The notes under the pieces were generated by a model. It saw nothing but the letters and a program-made list of their open reading frames with translations. It did not search any database and was not told the origin of the DNA. From Nanobdellota archaeon (lineage in GTDB: Archaea; Nanobdellota; Nanobdellia; Woesearchaeales; GCA-2686295), in contig JAHIUF010000018.1 in NCBI GenBank assembly GCA_018817005.1, positions 4,964-68,963 on the forward strand: 64,000 nt of DNA, in the 5' to 3' direction. A program made the translations under genes and the position numbers. This document shows positions 1 to 8,504 of the stretch, piece by piece. The number at the start of each line of letters is the position of its first letter. The first letter of the stretch is position 1.

Positions 1-507
1 TATTTTCATAATTTAGCTATTTCTGGAAATACATCAAGAGATATTCTTAAAAGAATCGAATCCGAAACCAGAGCGCGACTAAGAAATAAATCTAAAGAAG
101 AATGGACAATTTTCATATCTATAGGAACTAATGATTCAAGATTAGAAAATAAACAGCCAAATGTTCCAGAAGATGAGTATCAAAATAATGTTAAAAAAAT
201 ACTTAGAATAGCTAAAGAATTAGCAGGTACAGTAATAGTCATTAGCGGACACCCAGTTATTGAAACTACTTGCAATCCTTGGAAAAATAGGGATTGTTAT
301 TTTTTAAACGAGAGAATTAAAACGTTTGGAAGAATTATGAAAGATTGTGCAGACAAAGAAAACATTCTATATCTCGATATTTTTTCTAAATTAGAATCCC
401 GAAATAACTTAAATAAATTATATTCTGATGGATTGCATCCTAATAAAGAAGGCCATTTAGTTATTTTTAACGAAATTAAAAATTTCTTAGAACAAGAGTT
501 GAATTAA
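1..507 (+). CDS. SGNH/GDSL-family hydrolase (lipase/acylhydrolase), 5' truncated by window edge
   Basis: Frame-1 translation from position 1 (YFHNLAISGNTSRDIL...ISIGTNDSR...DGLHPNKEGH) carries the GDSL block III (GTNDS) and block V DxxH (DGLHPN) motifs; stop TAA at 505-507. Confidence 0.6.
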   Translation, partial: YFHNLAISGNTSRDILKRIESETRARLRNKSKEEWTIFISIGTNDSRLENKQPNVPEDEYQNNVKKILRIAKELAGTVIVISGHPVIETTCNPWKNRDCYFLNERIKTFGRIMKDCADKENILYLDIFSKLESRNNLNKLYSDGLHPNKEGHLVIFNEIKNFLEQELN

Positions 508-582
508 TTCGAACTTATTTATTACTTTAGGAACATGGATCTTTGATAATATGACAAGTAAACCTTAATCGAAAAATTCTTA

Positions 583-1263
583 ATGTTAATCTATTTATAC
601 AGGCATATGAAAGAAATAATTCAACAACTTGAAGAAGAAATTAAAGCGCTATTTCATAAAGACAGTAGCGGACATGACATTTACCATCTGAAAAGAACAT
701 TAAACAACGCTCTTACAATACAAAAAAAAGAAGGTGGAGACAAATTAGTTATTGCGGTTTCTGCATTTTTGCATGATATTCATAGAATCATTCAAAATGA
801 AACAGGTAGTTTTTGTTCTCCGAAAAACTCTCTTCCAAAAGTTAAAGACATACTTGATAAGACTACTCTAACTGAAGACCAAAAAGCAAAAGTTCTTCAT
901 TGTATTGAATTTCATGAAGAATACGATTTTTCTGAAAATGGAAAAACTGTAAATGATGCTGAAACTTTAGTTTTACAGGATGCAGATAATCTGGATGCTA
1001 TTGGTGCCATTGGAATTGGTAGAACTTTTTCCTATGGAGGTTCAAACAATGTCACGATGTGGATTCCAGAAAAACCTTTTGACAGAAACACGTACGAAGA
1101 ATCAGAAAAAGACCCTTCAACAATACACCATTTTTATAGCAAACTTTTGAAACTCAAAGAAAATATGAATACCAAAACTGCTAAAAATATGGCTAGAAAA
1201 AGACATAAATTTATGGAGTTATTTCTTCAAGAGTTTTTTGATGAATGGAATGGAAAAAAGTAA
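583..1263 (+). CDS. HD-domain metal-dependent phosphohydrolase (YedJ-like)
   Basis: FLHDIHR (HD motif) and LQDADNLDAIGAIGIGRTFSYGG, characteristic of HD-superfamily hydrolases; alternative start at Met 607 (MKEIIQ). Confidence 0.6.
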   Translation: MLIYLYRHMKEIIQQLEEEIKALFHKDSSGHDIYHLKRTLNNALTIQKKEGGDKLVIAVSAFLHDIHRIIQNETGSFCSPKNSLPKVKDILDKTTLTEDQKAKVLHCIEFHEEYDFSENGKTVNDAETLVLQDADNLDAIGAIGIGRTFSYGGSNNVTMWIPEKPFDRNTYEESEKDPSTIHHFYSKLLKLKENMNTKTAKNMARKRHKFMELFLQEFFDEWNGKK

Positions 1264-1560
1264 TCATCCTAACTTAAACGATTCTAAAACGCATTTCTTC
1301 TTGTATTGTCTTTTAGATAAATTTAGTAAAAAATAATCCATTTTTTAAAAGGTAATTTCTTCTTCTATTTTAAAATTACCCCATTTCTACTTTTTAGCCT
1401 CTCAAATTTATTGTATCTAATTCATGCTAAGTGACCCGAGTCACTCCTACAAATATTGGCGAGTTGAGAGAATAAGGCGAGAATAGCAAAGTCTTGGAAC
1501 GGTTTTTCTTGTAGTGAAGTGAAAAAAAAAAATTCGATGATTGTTACTCAAAATTATCAA

Positions 1561-4248
1561 CTACCAAACAAGGTATTTTAAAACAAATCTATTTTCTTTT
1601 CTAATAAAAATCTTTCTTAACTCATCTCCAAATAGTATTATTAAAGCAAAAGGCACAGATAATAATATTTCAAAAGCTGTTAATGGTTGAGTTCCAAAAA
1701 AAACATTACCTCCTGGAAGATAGACTACTATTGATAAAATTATTAATTCAATCATTATCCCAAGCAAAATAACTTTATTTTTACTAAATCCTGATTTAAA
1801 CACGGATTGTCTTCTTGTTCTACATATCCAAACATCTGCAATTTGACAAATTATTATGCTTGCAAAGAAAGCTGTAACTGCTTTTTGGTACAATGGATTA
1901 CTTAAAGCTAATTGCTGCCCCCATGTCCACCCACCATTAAATAGCACTACGAAATATGAGAAAAATCCTGCTATTGCTTGTAACATCCCGATTATTCCAT
2001 ACGACATAAAAAGAAGTTGTGGTGTAAGCAACCTTTCTTTTCTTGATCTTGGTTTATTTTTCATAACATCAATTTCTGGTTTTTCAATTCCTAGGCCAAT
2101 AGCAGGCAATATATCTGTACCTAAGTCAATAGCTAATATTAGTATTATACTGAGGGGTAAAGGAAGCCCTAATAAAACAAAGGCGATAAAAGGTAATATC
2201 TCTGGAATATTACTAGTTAAAATATATGCAATGAACTTTTTTATGTTTTCGAAAATAGTCCTTCCTTCTTCCACAGCATTAACGATGGTTGCAAAATTAT
2301 CATCCATCAACACCATGTCACTAGCTTCTCTAGCCACTTCTGTCCCGCTTAACCCCATAGCCACACCCATATCTGCATTTTTCAAAGCAGGAGCGTCATT
2401 AACACCATCACCCGTAACTGTAACTATTTCACCCATTGACTGTAAGGTTTTCACTATCTTGAGTTTTTGAATTGGATTTATTCTTGCAAAAATTATATTT
2501 TGTTTTTTTAGTTCTTCTTTAAGCTTTTTTTCACTCATTCTTTTTAATTCATCCCCGGTTATTATTGTTGCTTTTTCATGATCTACCAGACCAACTTTTC
2601 TTGCAATTGACTCTGCTGTAAGACTATAATCCCCAGTTATCATTATAACTTTTATGCCAGCAGTCTTACATTTTTTTATTGCATCAAAAACCTCTATTCT
2701 AGGGGGATCAAGCATTCCGACTAAGCCAAGAAAGATAAAGTTGTTTTCTTTCGCTTTTTCTGTTTTTGTCTCCTTATATGAGAATGCTAGAACTCTCTCA
2801 CCTCTTGAAGCAAGTTTCTCGTAATAATTAGATATTAATAGTTTATCCCTTTTTGATAAGCTCCTTATTTTATTTTCTACTAAGATTTTATTGCATTTAT
2901 TTATAATTATTTCAGGAGCCCCCTTCATATATGCAATCTTTTTACCAGCTGATTTATTTGTAGTGATCATCCTCTTCGTTTTACTATCGAAAGGAGATTC
3001 GTGGATTCTCTCCTCTTTCATAATTAGTTTTTCTATATCAATAAAATTCTGAGAGAAATTCATTAGTGAAGTCTCTGTAGGATCACCAGAATAGCTTTTA
3101 TCGTTAGTATTTAATTTTGAGTTATTACAAAGAACCATTGTTTTAATCAATAAATTTAACCCTTTAATATTATTTATACCTTTCTCAGAAGCGTTTGTTT
3201 CTTTAGAATTAACAAATAATGTATTAACTGTCATTTTATTCTGAGTTATTGTGCCTGTCTTGTCAGTGCATATCACTGTTGTAGAACCCAATGTTTCAAC
3301 AGATTCAAGATTTTTTATGAGTGCATTCTTCTTTGCCATTCTTTTTGAAGCAATACTTAAACATAAAGTGACTGTTGGCAATAAACCTTCTGGTACGTTT
3401 GCAACTATTATTCCTATTGCGAAGATAATACTTCTAATTAGTGTGTTTCCAATAAAAAAACTTGTGATGAAGAAAACTAAGCTGAGAATAATAGCAATAG
3501 TTGATATTACCTTAATGAAATGATTTAATTCTTTACGTAAAGGAGTTTCTGATCCTTCTGTTTCTTTTGTTAGTTTTACAATATCGCCGATTTGTGTATT
3601 TATACCTGTTCCGTAGACAAGAGCTTTTCCATTTCCTGACTGCACTAAAGTTCCGGAAAAAACCATATTTCTGGATTCTAAAATATTTTTGTGAGTGCAC
3701 TCTAATTTTCTTAGCTGAGGTTCTGATTCACCTGTTATAGATGAGTTATCAACTTTTAAGGAATTCTGTTCTATAAGTCTGGCATCAGCAGGAACTTTTT
3801 CTCCCTCATTAAGAAAGATTATATCTCCAGGCACTATTTCGTTTGCTTCAATTTCTTGTATTTTTCCATCTCTAATAACACTTGCTTTCTGCGGAAGCAT
3901 TTTCTTAAAAGACTCCATAATTTTTTCAGATTGGTATTCTTGAACAAATGTAAAGATTGCATTCAGCACAACAACGCCTGCTAGTGCTATTCCAATGTAA
4001 AGATTTCCCTCACCAGGCAAAATATATTCTGCAAAAAAAGCGATGAGAGATCCTGCTATCAACAATAAGGCAAAGAAATTTTTAAACTGTTTCAAAAATT
4101 TTAATACTGCAGGTATTTTCTTTTTTGTTTCAAGTATATTAAAACCATGTATTTTTAATCGTTCTTTTGCTTCTACGGAAGACAAGCCACTAAAGGAAGA
4201 TTTCACTTGCTGGTAAAGTTGTTCTAATGGAATTTTATGTTCATTCAT
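1561..4248 (-). CDS. P-type cation-transporting ATPase (P2-type, Ca2+/cation pump-like)
   Basis: 895 aa; phosphorylation motif ICTDKTGTITQN, hinge motif TGDGVNDAPALKNADMGVAMG, about 10 predicted TM segments. Confidence 0.85.
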   Translation of the reverse strand: MNEHKIPLEQLYQQVKSSFSGLSSVEAKERLKIHGFNILETKKKIPAVLKFLKQFKNFFALLLIAGSLIAFFAEYILPGEGNLYIGIALAGVVVLNAIFTFVQEYQSEKIMESFKKMLPQKASVIRDGKIQEIEANEIVPGDIIFLNEGEKVPADARLIEQNSLKVDNSSITGESEPQLRKLECTHKNILESRNMVFSGTLVQSGNGKALVYGTGINTQIGDIVKLTKETEGSETPLRKELNHFIKVISTIAIILSLVFFITSFFIGNTLIRSIIFAIGIIVANVPEGLLPTVTLCLSIASKRMAKKNALIKNLESVETLGSTTVICTDKTGTITQNKMTVNTLFVNSKETNASEKGINNIKGLNLLIKTMVLCNNSKLNTNDKSYSGDPTETSLMNFSQNFIDIEKLIMKEERIHESPFDSKTKRMITTNKSAGKKIAYMKGAPEIIINKCNKILVENKIRSLSKRDKLLISNYYEKLASRGERVLAFSYKETKTEKAKENNFIFLGLVGMLDPPRIEVFDAIKKCKTAGIKVIMITGDYSLTAESIARKVGLVDHEKATIITGDELKRMSEKKLKEELKKQNIIFARINPIQKLKIVKTLQSMGEIVTVTGDGVNDAPALKNADMGVAMGLSGTEVAREASDMVLMDDNFATIVNAVEEGRTIFENIKKFIAYILTSNIPEILPFIAFVLLGLPLPLSIILILAIDLGTDILPAIGLGIEKPEIDVMKNKPRSRKERLLTPQLLFMSYGIIGMLQAIAGFFSYFVVLFNGGWTWGQQLALSNPLYQKAVTAFFASIIICQIADVWICRTRRQSVFKSGFSKNKVILLGIMIELIILSIVVYLPGGNVFFGTQPLTAFEILLSVPFALIILFGDELRKIFIRKENRFVLKYLVW

Positions 4249-4283
4249 TATTTAGTTTTATATCATAACTATTATTAAAATTT

Positions 4284-5114
4284 ATGTTTTTCTACAAAGC
4301 CGATATGTTTATAAAACTCAATAATTCTTATATGATTATGACTGTTGAGAAACATACAAAAAAAATGTATAATCAATTTGGTAAAGAATACCAAAGAACA
4401 AGAAAAGAGAAACATAATAGTCGTTTGTACAATGAATTTCTTGAAGTTCCTTGCATGATTAAAGCTATCGGAAACATTAAAGGTAAAAAATTGTTGGATG
4501 TTGGTTGTGGTGCAGGAGTTCATATAAAAAAATATATTTCAAAAGGTGCTAAATGTTGGGGGGTGGATATTAGTCGAACTATGATAAATATGGCAAAAGA
4601 GAAATGTCCTAATGTTGATTTTAAGATTGGTTCTATGACTAAACTACCTTATGAAAATTCTTCATTTGATATTGTTACTGCAAGTCTTAGTATTGATTAT
4701 ATCAAAGATTTAATTCCTGTCTTCAAAGAGATATCGAGAGTTCTGAAGAAAGGAGGGTTGTTTTATTATTCAAATGAAAGCCCCGTTGCTTCTGCAAGGG
4801 AAAGGTATGAAGATAAAAACTTTAAAATTGTTGGAATTGGCAAATTTTTTGATAAAAAAACAGGAAAGCAAATTGCTCTTGGCAAAGGATGGGATGAAAG
4901 ACTTGTAGATTGGGAAATGGTTCCAGGAATGTTAATGAAAACTTACAATAAAACATTTAGAACTCAATTAAAAAATTTAAGAGAATCAGGATTTGAATTG
5001 ATTGATTTTATAGATTGTAAACCAACACCAACATTCAAAAAATATGACCCAACAGCTTATGAATTATTTTCAAAAGTTCCATTATTTAGTATTTATGTTT
5101 CTCAAAAGAAATAA
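4284..5114 (+). CDS. Class I SAM-dependent methyltransferase (type 11-like)
   Basis: Motif I LLDVGCGAGVHI; true start may be an internal Met (4332 or 4365) because the divergent P-type ATPase start is only 35 nt away. Confidence 0.65.
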   Translation: MFFYKADMFIKLNNSYMIMTVEKHTKKMYNQFGKEYQRTRKEKHNSRLYNEFLEVPCMIKAIGNIKGKKLLDVGCGAGVHIKKYISKGAKCWGVDISRTMINMAKEKCPNVDFKIGSMTKLPYENSSFDIVTASLSIDYIKDLIPVFKEISRVLKKGGLFYYSNESPVASARERYEDKNFKIVGIGKFFDKKTGKQIALGKGWDERLVDWEMVPGMLMKTYNKTFRTQLKNLRESGFELIDFIDCKPTPTFKKYDPTAYELFSKVPLFSIYVSQKK

Positions 5115-5160
5115 GCTCAAAACCTTTTGCTTCTTATTCTTCAAGGCACTTCGTACTTGA

Positions 5161-5227
5161 ACAGACAAATTCTCAACTTACTTCAAATTCACTCTGCTAC
5201 GCTACGCTCTCACTCCAATTTGTCTGT
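5161..5227. repeat. Intergenic element: 11-bp perfect inverted repeats (ACAGACAAATT/AATTTGTCTGT) flanking conserved core TTCAAATTCACTCTGC plus GCTAC tandem
   Basis: Read directly; core 16-mer (5182-5197) is identical to 15599-15614 and degenerate at 5886-5914. Confidence 0.35.
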
Positions 5228-5306
5228 AACTAACGACTCAACTAACAGAAATTAAGTTTAATGAAATTTAAGTTCTAAAAAAATAAAAACACTCTTTGGC
5301 AAAAAT

Positions 5307-5789
5307 TTACTTAAGTAATTCTGCAATGTGTTCTTCAGCATCAAGAATACTTCTTAATTCATGTTCTTCAAAAATTGCAATCCTTCTAAATCGTTCCATT
5401 TTTTCCTCTTCTTCATGCAATCCTGTAACAACCATACCAAAAGCCATGTTGCTAACTGTAGAAAGCCATTTTTCAGGTTGATTCTCAATAACATTTTCCA
5501 TAATCTTAGCATCAGCCTCAACATTTCTTAATAATTCGTCAAATTTCTGGAATAACTCAGTAACACTATTTACCCATCCTTCAATCTCAGCTATGTGTAA
5601 TTCATGTAGTCTATTTAGATATTCGCTTGTTTTATGGCTCTCAACCAATTTTCTTAAGCTATGAGTATATACCAAAATCTTAACAAGAATATTTCTTGCA
5701 TGAATCTTGCCTACTTCAGTATCTATAGAACGAGGAATATCTTTAAGTAAGATAATAAGATTATCAATTAATTTAAAAGTATGTTTCAC
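5307..5789 (-). CDS. hypothetical protein
   Basis: 160-aa ORF, helical/acidic, no recognizable motif. Confidence 0.4.
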   Translation of the reverse strand: MKHTFKLIDNLIILLKDIPRSIDTEVGKIHARNILVKILVYTHSLRKLVESHKTSEYLNRLHELHIAEIEGWVNSVTELFQKFDELLRNVEADAKIMENVIENQPEKWLSTVSNMAFGMVVTGLHEEEEKMERFRRIAIFEEHELRSILDAEEHIAELLK

Positions 5790-5860
5790 ACTACAAATAA
5801 TCAGAAAGAATATATAAAACTTATTGTTTTAGAAAAGACCATTTATTTCGTGTTTTGATT

Positions 5861-5925
5861 GTTCATTTTGTTCACTTAATGAACTAACTTCAAATTTTTC
5901 CTTCACTTTGCTACAAAACGTTGCA
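5861..5925. repeat. Degenerate copy of intergenic core motif (ACTTCAAATT...CACTTTGCTAC) with upstream 7-bp inverted repeat GTTCATT/AATGAAC
   Basis: Alignment by eye with copies at 5161-5227 and 15572-15640. Confidence 0.25.
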
Positions 5926-6026
5926 CTCTGGCCCGGTGCTAACGCACTCACTTAACACTGATTAAGTAAAATATTACTTACCACCCATAGAATAATTTAT
6001 AAATATTATTTATTTGAGAATATGTT

Positions 6027-6506
6027 ATGAATATATTTAATCATTTTCTCACATCATTTATTGTACTTTTCATATTATTTCATAACAATGTTTTAATCAA
6101 AGAATTGGTTTTATTTTCATTCGTATTTGGTGTTTTATTAGACCTTAATCAAGTAATTGGAAGATATTTAAAAAAATCAAAAAACCACACTAGAACATGG
6201 ATTGAAGAACCATTTGGTTTAATTATTATTGGAATTCCATTAGGTTTAATTTTTAGTATAATAAAAACTGAATATTTCTTTTTGGTTATTATTCCTTTTG
6301 CAATTCATATAATTCTAGATTATCTTGTCATACATGAGGTTTCACCATTCGTCCCATTTTCAAATAAAAATATTGAACTCGGTTTTTTTAAATCAGCACC
6401 ACCACCTTTATGGTATACTGGAGAAGAAAAGGGTATTTCAGAAAACTATTTTTTAATATTAAATATGATTATAACTATGATTATTTTATGGACTATTTTC
6501 TTTTAA
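6027..6506 (+). CDS. hypothetical integral membrane protein (possibly YdjM/DUF457-like membrane hydrolase)
   Basis: 159 aa, 4-5 hydrophobic segments, His-rich motif IHIILDYLVIHE. Confidence 0.4.
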   Translation: MNIFNHFLTSFIVLFILFHNNVLIKELVLFSFVFGVLLDLNQVIGRYLKKSKNHTRTWIEEPFGLIIIGIPLGLIFSIIKTEYFFLVIIPFAIHIILDYLVIHEVSPFVPFSNKNIELGFFKSAPPPLWYTGEEKGISENYFLILNMIITMIILWTIFF

Positions 6507-6593
6507 TTGACTGTTGTGTCTTACTGTCACCTTTGGAGATTTTTCTTGCAGCCCCTTCACATTATGGTGATTAAACTCAATAATTTTGAGAGG

Positions 6594-7238
6594 CTAAAAA
6601 TTGAAGCGGTTAGGATTTTTTTGTCTTAATGTTTCAACGACTTCGCAAGTTCTTTTTACAATAGAATCATAAACCTCATCTTTAAGTCCTAGATTTGGAA
6701 AATTATTCAAAGAAGTTATTTGTTCTAAAGATGGTTGTTGTAAAGAACTCATTTCAGGAATAATTTTTAACATCCAAGGAGTTTTATGAGGTGGATTAGT
6801 TTTCGCTATTTCAATAACACTATTATAATCGTGTGTTCCTCCTTGATAGCCTCTGTTTTCAAGAAGTGAACAAACCGCATCCACTGCTCCAACAAGCATA
6901 TCATCTTCAGAAGCACCGATGACTGGTTTTGTTCTATCATTCGGATTAGGGTCGTTCCATTTCTGATGATGATATTGTTGTCTGTGTAAATTCAACGCAG
7001 GCATTATGTGAATTTGAAAATCTGGCTTTGGATTTCTATACTGTAGAGCAAACCCCTTTATTATATTCCATGAATATTTGTTTCCAGGTCCAACTAAATC
7101 ATGAGGTCTTTGAGGATCATTCGTTCCAAGGTTTAATCTCCCTAAAAAATATTCGACGTGACACGCGTGTTGAAGAGTTGAAACTAGCCAAGTTTTTATT
7201 TCATCTTCAGTTGGAATTAATTCTGTTTTAAAAGTCAT
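6594..7238 (-). CDS. hypothetical protein (His-rich, possible metal-dependent enzyme)
   Basis: 214-aa ORF overlapping the upstream ORF by 4 nt (operon); motifs HVEYF, RPHDL, HHQKW. Confidence 0.45.
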   Translation of the reverse strand: MTFKTELIPTEDEIKTWLVSTLQHACHVEYFLGRLNLGTNDPQRPHDLVGPGNKYSWNIIKGFALQYRNPKPDFQIHIMPALNLHRQQYHHQKWNDPNPNDRTKPVIGASEDDMLVGAVDAVCSLLENRGYQGGTHDYNSVIEIAKTNPPHKTPWMLKIIPEMSSLQQPSLEQITSLNNFPNLGLKDEVYDSIVKRTCEVVETLRQKNPNRFNF

Positions 7239-7588
7239 TTTTCATCTTGGTTTTTATGATTGTAACCATTCAATAAACCACAAAAAAGCGTGTGAATATA
7301 TGATTTAGGAACAGCTGTGTTAATGCTGCCGTTTCCATCTTCACAAAAATTCACAATTTGACACTCAGTTATAGTTTTATAGTCTTTTTCAAGGTTAATA
7401 AGAAGAGTGTAAAGTGTTTGTTTTTCAGGTTTTCTAAATAGTTTTTTCCTAATAACATTTCTTTCCTCTAGAAAATATTCGTTATCAAATTTTTGTCTTA
7501 CTTCTTGCAATAACTTATTAAGATATTCATCATTTACAGTAGTGTATTGCTCAAGAGTGTCTTTATCGTAATAAGATGTTATCGGCAT
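7235..7588 (-). CDS. hypothetical protein
   Basis: 117-aa ORF, first gene of a two-gene minus-strand operon, divergent from the TrmB-like regulator. Confidence 0.4.
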   Translation of the reverse strand: MPITSYYDKDTLEQYTTVNDEYLNKLLQEVRQKFDNEYFLEERNVIRKKLFRKPEKQTLYTLLINLEKDYKTITECQIVNFCEDGNGSINTAVPKSYIHTLFCGLLNGYNHKNQDEK

Positions 7589-7622
7589 ATATTGGGAATT
7601 GAAGTTAAGTATTTATAGTTAA

Positions 7623-7655
7623 GTGGTGTTGTAATGACACCACAATATTTAAATA
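7623..7655 (+). promoter_or_regulatory. Palindromic putative operator GTGGTGT-N7-ACACCAC overlapping BRE/TATA (ATATTTAAATA) upstream of the TrmB-like gene
   Basis: Perfect 7-bp inverted repeat at 7623-7629/7637-7643, TATA-like box 7645-7655, ATG at 7678. Confidence 0.35.
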
Positions 7656-7677
7656 GCAATGTGACTCACAAAAAATC

Positions 7678-8415
7678 ATGAACTGCTTAGAAAATATTGG
7701 ATTATCAAAAGGAGAAATAAAAGTATATGAAGCAATATTAGACATTGGAACATCAACCATTAATAAAATTCAAGAAATAACTGTAATAGAAAGAAGAAAT
7801 ATCTATGACATTATAAACAAACTAATCCATAAAGGGCTCATATCATATACTGTTGAGAAGGGTAAAAAAACATATCGATGCACGCACCCAAATAAAATCT
7901 TATCTTATCTGGAAGAAAAGAAAAACAATATAGAAAAAGAAGAAGAAAATATAAGAAAAGAACTTCCAAAAATTATTGAAAAATTCAAACTATCAAAGCC
8001 AGCAATATCAGCACAAACATTTATAGGAAAAGAAGGAATAAAAGCAATTTTCGAAGAAATTCTAAACTACAAAAAAAGTTACTTTATAGGTGGTGGGTGG
8101 TATGTGATAAAAGAACTGCCTTATTTCTGGTCACACTATAATGAAAAAAGAATAGAAAAAAAAATAAAATGGTACAACCTCGTAAGATATGAATTAAGGA
8201 ATGAAAAACCCAAAAAAATAGATTTGATTGAAATAAAATATTTACCGAAAGAATTCTCAGGCAGCCCCCACGTAATATTTATTTTTGGAAACAAAATAGT
8301 CAATGTGATGTGGGGAAAAGAAATATTTGCATTCATGATAGAAAGCAAAGAAATTGCTGACAATTACAAGAAATATCATAATTATTTGTGGAAAAACATT
8401 GCAAAGGAAAAATAA
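7678..8415 (+). CDS. TrmB-family transcriptional regulator
   Basis: N-terminal wHTH LSKGEIKVYEAILDIGTSTINKIQEITVIERRNIYDIINKLIHKGLISY typical of TrmB N-domain; about 245 aa. Confidence 0.65.
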   Translation: MNCLENIGLSKGEIKVYEAILDIGTSTINKIQEITVIERRNIYDIINKLIHKGLISYTVEKGKKTYRCTHPNKILSYLEEKKNNIEKEEENIRKELPKIIEKFKLSKPAISAQTFIGKEGIKAIFEEILNYKKSYFIGGGWYVIKELPYFWSHYNEKRIEKKIKWYNLVRYELRNEKPKKIDLIEIKYLPKEFSGSPHVIFIFGNKIVNVMWGKEIFAFMIESKEIADNYKKYHNYLWKNIAKEK

Positions 8416-8504
8416 AAAAATCATCATTTCAACTTTCAAAGTCAAAATTCACAAAAACGTATAGAAAATAAAACGCATATTTTCTGCAAAAAAAATTAAT
8501 TATA

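Noticed and set aside
1856-2470. 204-aa plus-strand ORF inside the P-type ATPase gene (also 3251-3523, 9217-9465, 12309-12620, 24289-24663, 27086-27541 and similar antisense ORFs)
   Set aside because: They lie fully inside well-supported genes on the opposite strand, are low-complexity and have no motifs. They are by-products of AT-rich codon bias.
5182-5197. Identical 16-mer repeat (copies at 5182-5197 and 15599-15614) considered as chance
   Set aside because: One 16-mer match is expected by chance in 64 kb. It was retained as a finding only because both copies and a third degenerate copy are intergenic and IR-flanked.
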